A stretch of DNA of 61,899 bases, the filler included. It is 5 parts of 5 records of this genome, joined end to end, with 100 filler letters (N's around TTAATTAATTAA, not from the genome) between each part and the next. Parts side by side here need not be neighbours in the genome. Positions count along the whole stretch, not along the records: positions 41,154 to 49,045 come from SRR20825019_2452; positions 49,146 to 54,471 come from SRR20825019_2468; 3 more parts are not named here. One strand, 5' to 3'. The stretch's first letter is position 1, and every line of letters begins with the position of its first letter. The notes under the pieces are model-generated. The model was not told where the DNA came from. It worked only from the letters and a program-made list of their open reading frames with translations, and made no database searches. Of the stretch, positions 43,042 to 52,039 are shown in pieces. The position numbers and the translations under genes were made by a program.

Positions 43042-43820
43042 TGTCCGCGCCAATCATCAGTGGCTTGCCGATCAGCTTGGCTGGCCGCCAGGCACTGGTG
43101 ACTGGCGGCGCCGGAGGACTCGGTCAGGCAATTGCCGCCGGACTGGCGACGGCAGGAGCGCGGGTGACAATCGCCGATCTGAACGACTCAGCCGGTACTC
43201 AGATTGCGCGAAACTTGCGCCAGAGCGGTCTCGAGGTCAGTTTCCACCCGCTCGACGTGACCCGAGCCGCCGATTGGGAGGCTGTTGCTGCCGCCCCTGC
43301 GCCGCAGATTCTGGTCAATTGCGCCGGGGCGACCGAGCGCCGTGGCATCCTGGACTGCGACCTTGACCGCTGTCAGCACCTCTTCGCGGTGAACGTGTAC
43401 GGGGTCCTGCTGGGCATGCGCGCGGTCGCCGGATCGATGGCCCGGTCTGGTGGCGGATCCATCGTGAACATCGCGTCGATTGCCGGGCTGGGCGGTCACA
43501 GCTTTTCGGTCTACGCAGCCTCGAAATGGGCGGTCCGGGGATTGAGCCGCTCCGCGGCGATGGAACTGGCGCCGATGGGGATCAGGGTCAACACCGTCTG
43601 CCCGGGCCTTGTTGTCACTTCGATGAACCGCGACCAGACCTATCTCGACGATCTGGCTGCGCAAATCCCGCTTGGACGCGCCGGGCAACCGGAAGAGGTT
43701 GCCTCGATGGTGACTTTCCTTGCTTCGGACGCTGCCGCCTACGTTTCAGGACAGGACTTTGTCGTCGATGGCGGCCTGACCGCCGGGTGGCCGGTACCCG
43801 GATGGCGCGCGGCGGGATAG
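43041..43820 (+). CDS. Short-chain dehydrogenase/reductase
   Basis: TGGAGGLG, VNCAG, YAASK, RVNTVCPG, VDGG. Confidence 0.9.
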   Translation: MSAPIISGLPISLAGRQALVTGGAGGLGQAIAAGLATAGARVTIADLNDSAGTQIARNLRQSGLEVSFHPLDVTRAADWEAVAAAPAPQILVNCAGATERRGILDCDLDRCQHLFAVNVYGVLLGMRAVAGSMARSGGGSIVNIASIAGLGGHSFSVYAASKWAVRGLSRSAAMELAPMGIRVNTVCPGLVVTSMNRDQTYLDDLAAQIPLGRAGQPEEVASMVTFLASDAAAYVSGQDFVVDGGLTAGWPVPGWRAAG

Positions 43821-43838
43821 GTTGATCTCTGCGTGGGA

Positions 43839-43852
43839 AATGTTAGAACAAA
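43839..43852. promoter_or_regulatory. Putative GntR-family operator 2 (autoregulatory)
   Basis: AATGT-TAGA-ACAAA immediately upstream of the GntR gene. Confidence 0.55.
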
Positions 43853-43876
43853 TGGTACCCGCAATACGAGAGCCCT

Positions 43877-44602
43877 TTGACCCGAGTTCCCCCTCTGCAT
43901 CTGAAGATCAGCGACGAGCTGCGCCGCCGCATCGCGCAAGGCTTTTACGACGCTGAAGAACTGCCGCCCGAAATTCTGCTGATGCAGGAATTCGATTGCA
44001 GTCGCCACACCATGCGGTCAGCGTTGCAGCACCTCGTCGCCGAGGGACTGATCGAGCGTCGTGCCGGCTCCGGCACCCGCATTACCGATCGGGCGCGCGG
44101 CGGCGTCTGGGCGGTGGGCGCCCTGGGAAACCTGATCGGCGAATTTGCACCCGAGGATTACCTGACCCTGGTGGCACAGAATGTTGGGCTGGCCGAACAT
44201 GCCGAGGCCGCGCAGGTCTTCGGTCTGCCGCGTGAGGCGCAGTTGTTCTACATCATGCGCCTGTTGTTGGCCGAGGGGATTCCCTATGCGCTGGCCGATG
44301 TCTTTACCCGCCCCGAGATGACCCGCAACATTCCCGAGGCTCTGCTGGGCACTGAGCCACTGATCCAGCTGGTCGAGAAATATGGCCGGGTACGGTCGGT
44401 CCGGGTGCGGCAGGTCGCGACGGCGGCTGCGGCGGGTGCAATCGTCGCGCGCCAGCTGGGAATGGCGGTGGGCGACCCGGTGCTGATCCTCAAGCGCACC
44501 TATTTCGACGCGCAAGGCGCTGCCATCTTGCATACCAGCGTCAGCGCCCGGCCTGACCGATATCGGCAAGAGGTTGATTTCCTGCACGAAAACCCGTCCT
44601 GA
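43877..44602 (+). CDS. GntR-family regulator, HutC/UTRA subfamily
   Basis: LPPEILLMQEFDCSRHTMRSAL...EGLIERRAGSGT winged helix; UTRA-like C-terminus ending RPDRY. Confidence 0.9.
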   Translation: MTRVPPLHLKISDELRRRIAQGFYDAEELPPEILLMQEFDCSRHTMRSALQHLVAEGLIERRAGSGTRITDRARGGVWAVGALGNLIGEFAPEDYLTLVAQNVGLAEHAEAAQVFGLPREAQLFYIMRLLLAEGIPYALADVFTRPEMTRNIPEALLGTEPLIQLVEKYGRVRSVRVRQVATAAAAGAIVARQLGMAVGDPVLILKRTYFDAQGAAILHTSVSARPDRYRQEVDFLHENPS

Positions 44603-44608
44603 GGCCCT

Positions 44609-45856
44609 CTATCCGGGCAGCTCCCTGGCCGCGCGCTCTAGGTCGTCACGGTCATCAGGGTGGGCGATGGCAATCATCCTTCGCGCCCGTTCCTGCACGC
44701 TCAGCCCCCTCAGCGTCGCGTGTCCCCATTCCGTGACCACGATATCCGCTTCGGCGCGCGGCAGGGTGACGATGCCCGAGGACAGGCCGGTCACGATGCG
44801 TCCGCGCCCTTGCGTTGTCCGGCTGGGCAGGCAGATCAGCGAGCGCCCCCCCTCTGACGCCAGCGCCCCGCGCACGAAGTCGACCTGTCCCCCGATGGTG
44901 CCGAGATAGCGCTTGCCGGCAATCTCAGAGGCTGCCTGCCCGGTGAGATCCACCTCGATGGCAGAATTGACAGCTACGAAATTGCCCAGCCGGGCCAGAG
45001 TGCCCACGGCATGCGTGTAATGGACGGGTTCGAGCAGCAGTGCCGGATTGTCATCGGCGAACTGATACAGCGCCGCGCTGCCTGCCAGGGCGCCTGTCAC
45101 GGTCAGGCCGGGGTCAAGCGTCTTCAGGCTGTTGTCGATCACGCCCGATTTGATCAGGGGCATCACCGCGTCACCGATCACCCCGCTGTGCAGGCCAAGG
45201 TGGCGATGACCGTGCAAGGCGTGCAGAATCGCCGTGGGCAAGGTGCCGATCCCGATCTGCAAAGTGTCGCCATCGCGGATCAGCGCAGCGGCGTGCTGCG
45301 CGATCTGTCGGTCGAGGGCGCCGGGTTCGGGTTGGGGGACCTCGATCAGCGGGCGTTCGGTTTCCACGACGCTGTCGAATCGGGCAAGATCGAGGGGGTG
45401 TCGCGTTCGGGTCCGGGGCGCTGCCGCGTTGATCTCGGCTACGGCAACGCGCGCTCGGGGCAGCGCGTAGCGCGCGAAGGGCTGCACCGCGCCGGGCGAG
45501 GTTTGGCCTGCAGGTCCGGCTGGGCCGGTCTGCAGCAGCACCACAGAGACCGGCACGATCCCGTGTTCGAGCAGGAAGGGGAGTTGCGACAGGTTGACTG
45601 GGTGAACCTGCATACGGCCTGCTGCGCAAAGGGCCCGGTTTGACCCGACGGCGCCCATGCCGTGAATGCGCAGCCTCGGGTCTTCATCCGGGCCGATCAG
45701 TCGCGCGTACCCACCTGCCAGAAACACGGCGAGGTCGTCGAGGTCGGGCAAGGCCGCCAGCGCATCGCGTATCAAGTCAACAGGTTCTGCCGCACCTTGC
45801 GACCACATCAGCATGTCGCCCGGGCGCAATAATGGGGCGAGGGCAGGGCGGGTCAT
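44609..45856 (-). CDS. Acetyl-CoA hydrolase / 4-hydroxybutyrate CoA-transferase family
   Basis: DGDTLQIGIGTLP, LGLHSG, VNSAIEVDLTGQ, GGQVDFVRGA, VVTEWG, IAHPD. Confidence 0.9.
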   Translation of the reverse strand: MTRPALAPLLRPGDMLMWSQGAAEPVDLIRDALAALPDLDDLAVFLAGGYARLIGPDEDPRLRIHGMGAVGSNRALCAAGRMQVHPVNLSQLPFLLEHGIVPVSVVLLQTGPAGPAGQTSPGAVQPFARYALPRARVAVAEINAAAPRTRTRHPLDLARFDSVVETERPLIEVPQPEPGALDRQIAQHAAALIRDGDTLQIGIGTLPTAILHALHGHRHLGLHSGVIGDAVMPLIKSGVIDNSLKTLDPGLTVTGALAGSAALYQFADDNPALLLEPVHYTHAVGTLARLGNFVAVNSAIEVDLTGQAASEIAGKRYLGTIGGQVDFVRGALASEGGRSLICLPSRTTQGRGRIVTGLSSGIVTLPRAEADIVVTEWGHATLRGLSVQERARRMIAIAHPDDRDDLERAARELPG

Positions 45857-46926
45857 GCCAGAACCCTCCCATGGCGCGGCGGCTGGCCGTTCAGCGTATC
45901 GACCAGATTGTCGCAGATCGCCCGCATCTCTTGCAGCACTTCGAGCCGCGAGCCGCCGGCGACATGCGGCGTGGCCAGCACATTGGGCAGCGCCCGCAAG
46001 GGATCGGCAGGAACGACGGGTTCGCGGGTGTGAACGTCGAGACCCGCCCCCGCCAACCGCCCCGACCGAAGCGCCAATAGCAGCGCCTGTTCATCAATCA
46101 GCGCGCCGCGCGCGGTGTTGATCAGCAGAGCGTCGGGCTTCATCAGCGCCAGTTCCGCGTGGCCGATCAGCGGGCCGCTCAACCCGGTGGGGGGCACATG
46201 CAGGCTGACAACATCGGCTTGCGCGAGCAGGTCGGGGAAATGCCTGCGCTGCCAGGTTTGCGGCAGTCCATCGCCCGCCTGCGCAGAGCGCGCGGTCCAG
46301 ACGATGTGCATCCCGAAGGCCTCGGCGCGCCGGGCCAGCAACCAGCCGATTTCACCCATGCCGACGATGCCAAGCGTCTGGCCGGCCAGCGCTCGCATGC
46401 CCTCGACACCTGACCAGTTGTAGCTGACCGTGCCAGCGTCGCCCGGTGTGCCACGATAGCCGCGAAGCCCGGCCTGCATCGCTTCCAGCCTCCGGGAGAG
46501 TGCCAGGATCAGCAGCATCGCGTGATCGGCGACATGCGCGAGGCTGCGGCGGGGCAGCAGCGATACCGCCACCCCGCGGGCTTTGCAGGCGGTAATGTCC
46601 AGACTTTTTGGCCGCTCGCCGATCCGCTGCACCAGAGCGACCTTGCCTGATTCGGCCAGCGCGGCCTGGTCGACAGCGCCCCGGCGCGAGAGCAGGACGC
46701 GCGCTTCGGCGGCGGGCGCGCCAGGGGGCAAGACTGTCGGCCGGCACAGATCCCGCAGCGGTGCGAACACCGATTCCAACAGCGTATGATGCGCATTTTC
46801 GGGCAGAAAGAAGGCCTTGGCGCGGGCCTGTGTCTCCGGATCGCCCCAGGTGATCAGGTCCTGAGCCAGCCGCAGAATATGGTCGTGGTCGGTCAGGTGA
46901 ATGGGGAAGGGTGGCCGGTCCGACAT
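45853..46926 (-). CDS. D-isomer-specific 2-hydroxyacid dehydrogenase family
   Basis: GIVGMGEIG, DVVSLHVP, LINTARG, GLDVH..EP, TPHVAG; start MSDRPP at 46926. Confidence 0.85.
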   Translation of the reverse strand: MSDRPPFPIHLTDHDHILRLAQDLITWGDPETQARAKAFFLPENAHHTLLESVFAPLRDLCRPTVLPPGAPAAEARVLLSRRGAVDQAALAESGKVALVQRIGERPKSLDITACKARGVAVSLLPRRSLAHVADHAMLLILALSRRLEAMQAGLRGYRGTPGDAGTVSYNWSGVEGMRALAGQTLGIVGMGEIGWLLARRAEAFGMHIVWTARSAQAGDGLPQTWQRRHFPDLLAQADVVSLHVPPTGLSGPLIGHAELALMKPDALLINTARGALIDEQALLLALRSGRLAGAGLDVHTREPVVPADPLRALPNVLATPHVAGGSRLEVLQEMRAICDNLVDTLNGQPPRHGRVLA

Positions 46927-46946
46927 TTTTCTGTTTCCCAATTGCA

Positions 46947-46960
46947 AATGTTCGGACATT
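46947..46960. promoter_or_regulatory. Putative GntR-family operator 3
   Basis: Palindrome AATGT-TCGG-ACATT in the divergent dehydrogenase/ALDH promoter region. Confidence 0.7.
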
Positions 46961-47026
46961 AATGTAGCGATACTGAGACGCAGGACAAGCGATCTTCAAG
47001 GGTCGCGCAGAATTCGGGAGAAGGAC

Positions 47027-48502
47027 ATGACCATCAACGCGGCATCCATTCGCGCTCAGGGGCCAGCCTACGAGCTGTTCATCGGCTCGGCCTGGACCGG
47101 GGCCCGGGAAGGCCGGCGGTTCGATCGAATCAACCCCTATGATGGAAGCATAGCCGCGAGCTTTGCCAATGCCACGGCCGCGGACGCCGAAGCGGCGATC
47201 CGCGCCGCGCGCTCGGCCTTCGACACCGGGCCCTGGCCGCGGTCGTCAGCCCGGGAACGGCACGATCTGTTGCGCCGGGTGGCAGACGCCATCCGCGCCC
47301 GGAGCGAGGATTTTGCCGCGCGGATGGTCGCCGAATCCGGCAAACCGATTTCGCTGGCCAGGGGCGAGGTTGGGGCAGCTGCCCGGACCTTTGACTATTA
47401 TGCAGGCCTGGCGCTGGCGGATGAGGGTGCGGCAATCGCTGGCCGCGTTCCGCATGCGATGGGGCTGATCCTGCCCGAACCGGTCGGGGTCTGCGCCTTC
47501 ATCACGCCGTGGAATTTTCCGATGCTCAACCCGGTGTGCAAGATTGCGCCGGCACTGGCGGCAGGGTGCACCGTGGTCATCAAGCCGTCGCACCTGTCCC
47601 CCGGCCCTGTGGCCGTGCTGGCCGAGGTGTTGGCCGAAGCGGGGCTGCCCGAGGGTGTGTTCAACCTCGTCACCTCGGATCTGGAGCGCGGCGGCACCGT
47701 CGGGCAGGTGCTGGCCGGTTCCGCTCTGGTCGACAAGGTGGCCTTTACCGGCTCGACAGCGACAGGCCGCGCCGTGATGCGGGCGGCGTCGGGCAACAAC
47801 AAGCACGTGGCGCTCGAACTGGGGGGCAAATCTGCCAACATTGTCTTTGCCGATGCGCCGTTCGAGGCCGCTGTGAACACCGCGATCAGCGCGTTCTGTT
47901 TCAACAGCGGTCAGCAATGCTCTGCCGGAAGCCGCTTGCTGGTCCAGCAATCGATCCACGACCAGTTTGTCGAGGCACTTGCGCAGGCAGCTGGACGGCA
48001 GGTCTTGGGCAACCCGGCGGACGCGACCACTACGATGGGCCCCCTGGTGAACGAGGAGCAATTCGCGCGCGTGTCGCGCTACGTCGAACTGGGCGACACC
48101 GAGGGGCGCCGTCTGTGCGGCGGGCCGACAGGCGAGGGGTATTTCATGGCGCCGACGATCTTTACCGGCTTGAGCAATGCCTCGCGCCTTGCGCAGGAAG
48201 AGATCTTTGGCCCGGTGTTGTCGGTCATCCCCTTCAGCGACGAGGCCGAGGCCGTAGCCCTGGCCAATGACAGCGCTTACGGTCTTGCCGGGGGGGTCTG
48301 GTCGCGCTCGATTGACACGGCCTTGCGCGTTGCCCGGAGCGTCAGGACAGGCAAGATGTTCGTGAACTGCTATAATTCGGCGGGTATCGATGACATGCCG
48401 CATGGAGGCGTCAAGGACAGCGGGATCGGGCGCGAATTCGGGCGTCAGGGCTTGCAGGAATATCAATCGGTGAAGACGGTGCAGATCCGGCTCGACAATT
48501 GA
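47027..48502 (+). CDS. Aldehyde dehydrogenase
   Basis: ITPWNFP, FTGST, LELGGKS, FNSGQQCSAGS, EEIFGPV; start MTINAA after GGAGAAGGA. Confidence 0.93.
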   Translation: MTINAASIRAQGPAYELFIGSAWTGAREGRRFDRINPYDGSIAASFANATAADAEAAIRAARSAFDTGPWPRSSARERHDLLRRVADAIRARSEDFAARMVAESGKPISLARGEVGAAARTFDYYAGLALADEGAAIAGRVPHAMGLILPEPVGVCAFITPWNFPMLNPVCKIAPALAAGCTVVIKPSHLSPGPVAVLAEVLAEAGLPEGVFNLVTSDLERGGTVGQVLAGSALVDKVAFTGSTATGRAVMRAASGNNKHVALELGGKSANIVFADAPFEAAVNTAISAFCFNSGQQCSAGSRLLVQQSIHDQFVEALAQAAGRQVLGNPADATTTMGPLVNEEQFARVSRYVELGDTEGRRLCGGPTGEGYFMAPTIFTGLSNASRLAQEEIFGPVLSVIPFSDEAEAVALANDSAYGLAGGVWSRSIDTALRVARSVRTGKMFVNCYNSAGIDDMPHGGVKDSGIGREFGRQGLQEYQSVKTVQIRLDN

Positions 48503-48562
48503 GCTGCCGCGCCGCCGGGAGGAGAACGCGGCGGCGCCGGACAGCGACAGGGAGGAGGGACA

Positions 48563-49045
48563 ATGATCCCCATCGTGGAATTCGACGACGTCTCGAAGGT
48601 CTTCTTCAAGGGAACAGTGCCGATTCAGGCGCTGGGACGGCTGAACCTTTCGGTGCGCGAGGGCGAGTTGCTGGCGGTCGTGGGTCCGTCGGGCTGTGGC
48701 AAGTCGACCTTGCTGAACATGACCGCCGGGCTGATGAAGCCCGGCACCGGCGCGATACGGTATAAAGGCCAGGCGATCAGCGGCGCCAACACGCAAGTCG
48801 CCTATGTGACGCAGAAGGACAATCTTCTGCCGTGGCGCAGCGTCGAACAGAACATTCGCCTGCCGTTGGAGATGGGACCGCACAAGCGGTTGTCCGAGGC
48901 GGAAAAGCGCGAGCGCGTGGCGCGCTATATCAACATGGTCGGGCTGAAAGGCTTTGAGAAGCACTATCCCAAGGAACTGTCGGGTGGCATGCGCAAGCGC
49001 GCGCAATTGGCCCGGTCCTTGGTGTATGAGCCCGACACGCTGTTG
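48563..49045 (+). CDS. ABC transporter ATP-binding subunit (NitT/TauT/SsuB-like), 3' truncated
   Basis: GPSGCGKST, LLPWRSV, LSGGMRKR. Confidence 0.9.
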
Positions 49046-49145
49046 NNNNNNNNNNNNNNNNNNNNNNNNNNNNNNNNNNNNNNNNNNNNTTAATTAATTA
49101 ANNNNNNNNNNNNNNNNNNNNNNNNNNNNNNNNNNNNNNNNNNNN
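49046..49145. other. Artificial contig spacer
   Basis: N44-TTAATTAATTAA-N44. Confidence 0.98.
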
Positions 49146-49175
49146 GAATACGCGGTGCTGAATACTTTTTTTTTT
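49146..49175 (+). rRNA. Probable 3' end of eukaryotic 5S rRNA with Pol III T-run terminator
   Basis: GAATACGCGGTGCTGAATAC resembles the eukaryotic 5S 3' end (GAATACCGGGTGCTGT...) and is followed by T10; only 20 nt are visible. Confidence 0.55.
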
Positions 49176-49199
49176 CTATTGTTTTTTTCCTTACTTAGG

Positions 49200-49510
49200 T
49201 GACGCCTGGCCAGGTTGACAGGGTCTGCCTGTCGTGCCACACCGGGGCCGGGGCCAGCCAGGCACGGTCCCCGGCGTGCTCCGCGGCGCGTTCGTGTGCG
49301 CCCGGCCGGCCGGCGCCGCCGTCTGATCCACGGGCCCCGCCGCGGCCCCGACCGCCGCGTGCGGGGCCCGCCCGGGGCCGCGCTGGGTTAGCATCCTGAC
49401 AGTTGGGTTGGTGTCCGGTACCGATCGTTTCTGTGACACTGATGGTCGCCCCGGCCTGAATAGGGACACAGTCAGGCTAGGTCCAGTCGGTGCCGCACAC
49501 CGCCAAGGGC
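49200..49510. promoter_or_regulatory. GC-rich island upstream of the Nudix gene
   Basis: Same GGCC/CCGG and GTGAC/CAGTC composition as the contig 1 islands. Confidence 0.5.
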
Positions 49511-49597
49511 CTGTGGTGATAAAAACTTCATAACTGCTGAGCTTCATGACTAGCAGAATTTGCGGCTAACGATACCTCCCATTTTCTTCCGTTTGAT

Positions 49598-50824
49598 ATG
49601 GCATCTGTAGTTATGCCAACAAGAATATCAATTGAATATGTTCGCAAGGCTCTGTCGGAACGAGTCCCGCGCATCCACGATCCCCTTCCGGAGGAAAAGT
49701 GATATCATATGCCCGCGAGGTTCTGGGTTGCCCCTTCTTACATTTTGCTGTTGCAGGTGTGCGTCTGTTTGCATTGTGCTGCGCGAGGGCAAGCACGGCC
49801 TTGAAGTCCTTTTTATCAAGAGAGCAGTACAGGAGCGCGACAGATGGAGTGGGCAGGTCGCCTTTCCAGGCGGGAGGAAAGAGCCCGGAGAGACGCCACG
49901 GCAGACGGCCGTTCGGGAGTGCCTGGAAGAGGTGGGCTTGCTCCTTAACGACCAGGCGTGCTATGAAGATGTCGGGCGACTGGACGATCGGCGTATCCAG
50001 AGTCTTCCGGGCTCTAATATGAAGTCCATGGTGGTATCTGTATTTGTATTTTACCAAAGAAAACCATTGGGGCCCGACGCATTTGCGCTTCAGGACTCAG
50101 AGGTGGCGGCGGTGGTGTGGACCCCTCTGAGCGCACTATCTAGGCAGGCCTTGGATCCTGCCAAGTTCATCGTGCCACAATTTCTGGGCCGGTATGTGAG
50201 CCCATTTTTCAGTCGCTTGACGGGCATGGATGGACTTCGCTTCGTCTCTATCGAGCTTCTAGGAGAGATATGTAAGAGGAGTAACATATATCACTTGGAC
50301 CGAGTGCTGACTTTGTAAAAGACCCCGAGCCTTCCGGCGATGGCCCGCGTCCGCAGTTTATGCTATGGGGACTGACCCTGAACATGACATCGGAGCTCCT
50401 TCATGCTTTGGGCAGGGACCGACTGGATGTTCCGTTTGTCTTCCACAAGGGGGTCGTCATCAACGGCTGCATCCGCGCAACCTATTGGTACGTCGCTGTT
50501 GGAAAAACCAGTTGGGAGTGCAATGTCACCGAAGCTAATGGTGCCGTATCTTTTCACAGGTGGCAGGGCGGGAATGCAGTGAGGTACCCACCCAAGTTTG
50601 AGAGTGTGCTCAAATCCACGGTTGCGCTCTACGGCATGGGTGTCTGCGCGTCCACCCTCCTCACGCTCATCGCGTTGTGGCAGTTGGGTGTCATGGAGTC
50701 AGTTCCTAGCATGGGCCCATTGGGGCAGTACGTCCGCCAATTCCTCCCGTCATTCCTTGGTGGAGGTGACGGAGCAGACCCCTCGGGTGGATCCGCCAGC
50801 GGGGGTGGCCGTGCCCGACTGTAA
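49598..50824 (+). CDS. Nudix hydrolase, CoA-pyrophosphatase-like (NUDT7/PCD1-related), with a late hydrophobic segment and C-terminal ARL
   Basis: Introns 49699-49756, 50272-50321 and probably 50488-50559; LFIKRA..DRWSGQVAFPGGRKEPGETPRQTAVRECLEEVG Nudix box, SEVA and LWGLT motifs. Confidence 0.85.
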
Positions 50825-50846
50825 GTCATGACCATGCTTTGCAACT

Positions 50847-51811
50847 CTATAGCTTGGCGTTGGGAGTAAGGGCGGCCCCATTGCAGCATCGCATGGCATC
50901 TGCGTATTCCCTCACTTGCTTGGGGATTGGGGTGGGGCTCTTTGTTGCGGCATCGATGTACACATGAACGAATGTCCCTGTCGCTACCGCGTCACCAACA
51001 CCACGTTCGAATACCCCTAGGTGGTAGGTGATGCTCGTCGATCCAACTCGTGCCACACTGACACCGACCTCCAGGTCGGAGGGGAATGAGACGGATCGAC
51101 TGTTGTTGAGAAAGAAATGTTAGCCACGGTGCCACCCGGGAAGCGAGAGAGACGCACCAATAGTCGCACGCGTTGGCGGCCACCACACCGTAGACAGGGC
51201 TTCTTCCTATCTCTAAGAGGCCCGCCTTGACCAGGAGCGAATTCACCGCGGTGTCAAAGTAGAAGTGGTATACAGCATTGTTGACATGCCCATACGCGTC
51301 GTTATCTGCCCATCGGGTCGTAACGGGGACCATGGCGGGATAATAGGCCCGCTCGCTTCTGGTCACAATCCGGGCGATAGGCTGCACCCCGCCGACCGGC
51401 ACATACTGTTTCTCCACCTGTGGCTTGGTCTCATTCTGTTTTTTGTGGGCGCTTAGTCGTTTCATAAGGCGAGCTAGGTGCCCGGGTCTCGCGTGCCAGT
51501 GCGCGTGGTCATAAATGGTCTTTTGCAGTTTATCCACGTACCATTCTCGGTCCCCAAACTCCTTCACGGCGACCTTCTCCAGGCACTTCTCCATCGCGGC
51601 GCCTTCCTCCTCAGTGATCAGCATCCCGTGTCTCCTCAGCACCACCATGGGCAGTCCGCACTGGTCACACTCTACGACCGAGCACCTACGGCACGCGGCA
51701 ACACCCTTAATTATCACAGAATGCCGAACAATGCCGGCCTTACCATTCATTCTCTTCATAGTGCGCCGTCCGTTTTTCCAAAACGCAAAGCTCACAATGC
51801 CCTTCACTCAT
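50847..51811 (-). CDS. Fusion of a CxxC/CxxC/HxHxH HIT-like domain and a 4HBT/YbgC-like hotdog thioesterase, 282 aa, C-terminal AKL
   Basis: Exons 51744-51811, 51158-51685 and 50847-51099; MSEGHCELC...ECDQCGLPMVVLRRH...DHAHWHAR, then TRWADNDAYGHVNNAVY...FVHVYID...TPNAKL-stop. Confidence 0.85.
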
Positions 51812-52039
51812 GCCTGTACTATGCCGCCTACCCGACAGGCCACCTGACTGCTTGGCTTTTATATTTACGACTTACGGTGTGACTAAATATTTAGGACCGT
51901 CCAAGGGGTATCAGTCACGGCCAACCGTGCAGCGTTACAGCCCAAGCGAGTGGCTTTGGGCCTGCCGAGGGGGAAATCTGGACTTTCATTAGAGCCAGAG
52001 CCTAACTTGGCAATGCCTGCCAGTGGCAAGAAACGGCGG

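Noticed and set aside
46901-47026. ORF-track N-terminal extensions of ALDH (46901), 2-hydroxyacid dehydrogenase (46959) and thiolase (42004)
   Set aside because: They would overlap each other or the operator palindromes; downstream ATGs at 47027, 46926 and 41914 fit better.
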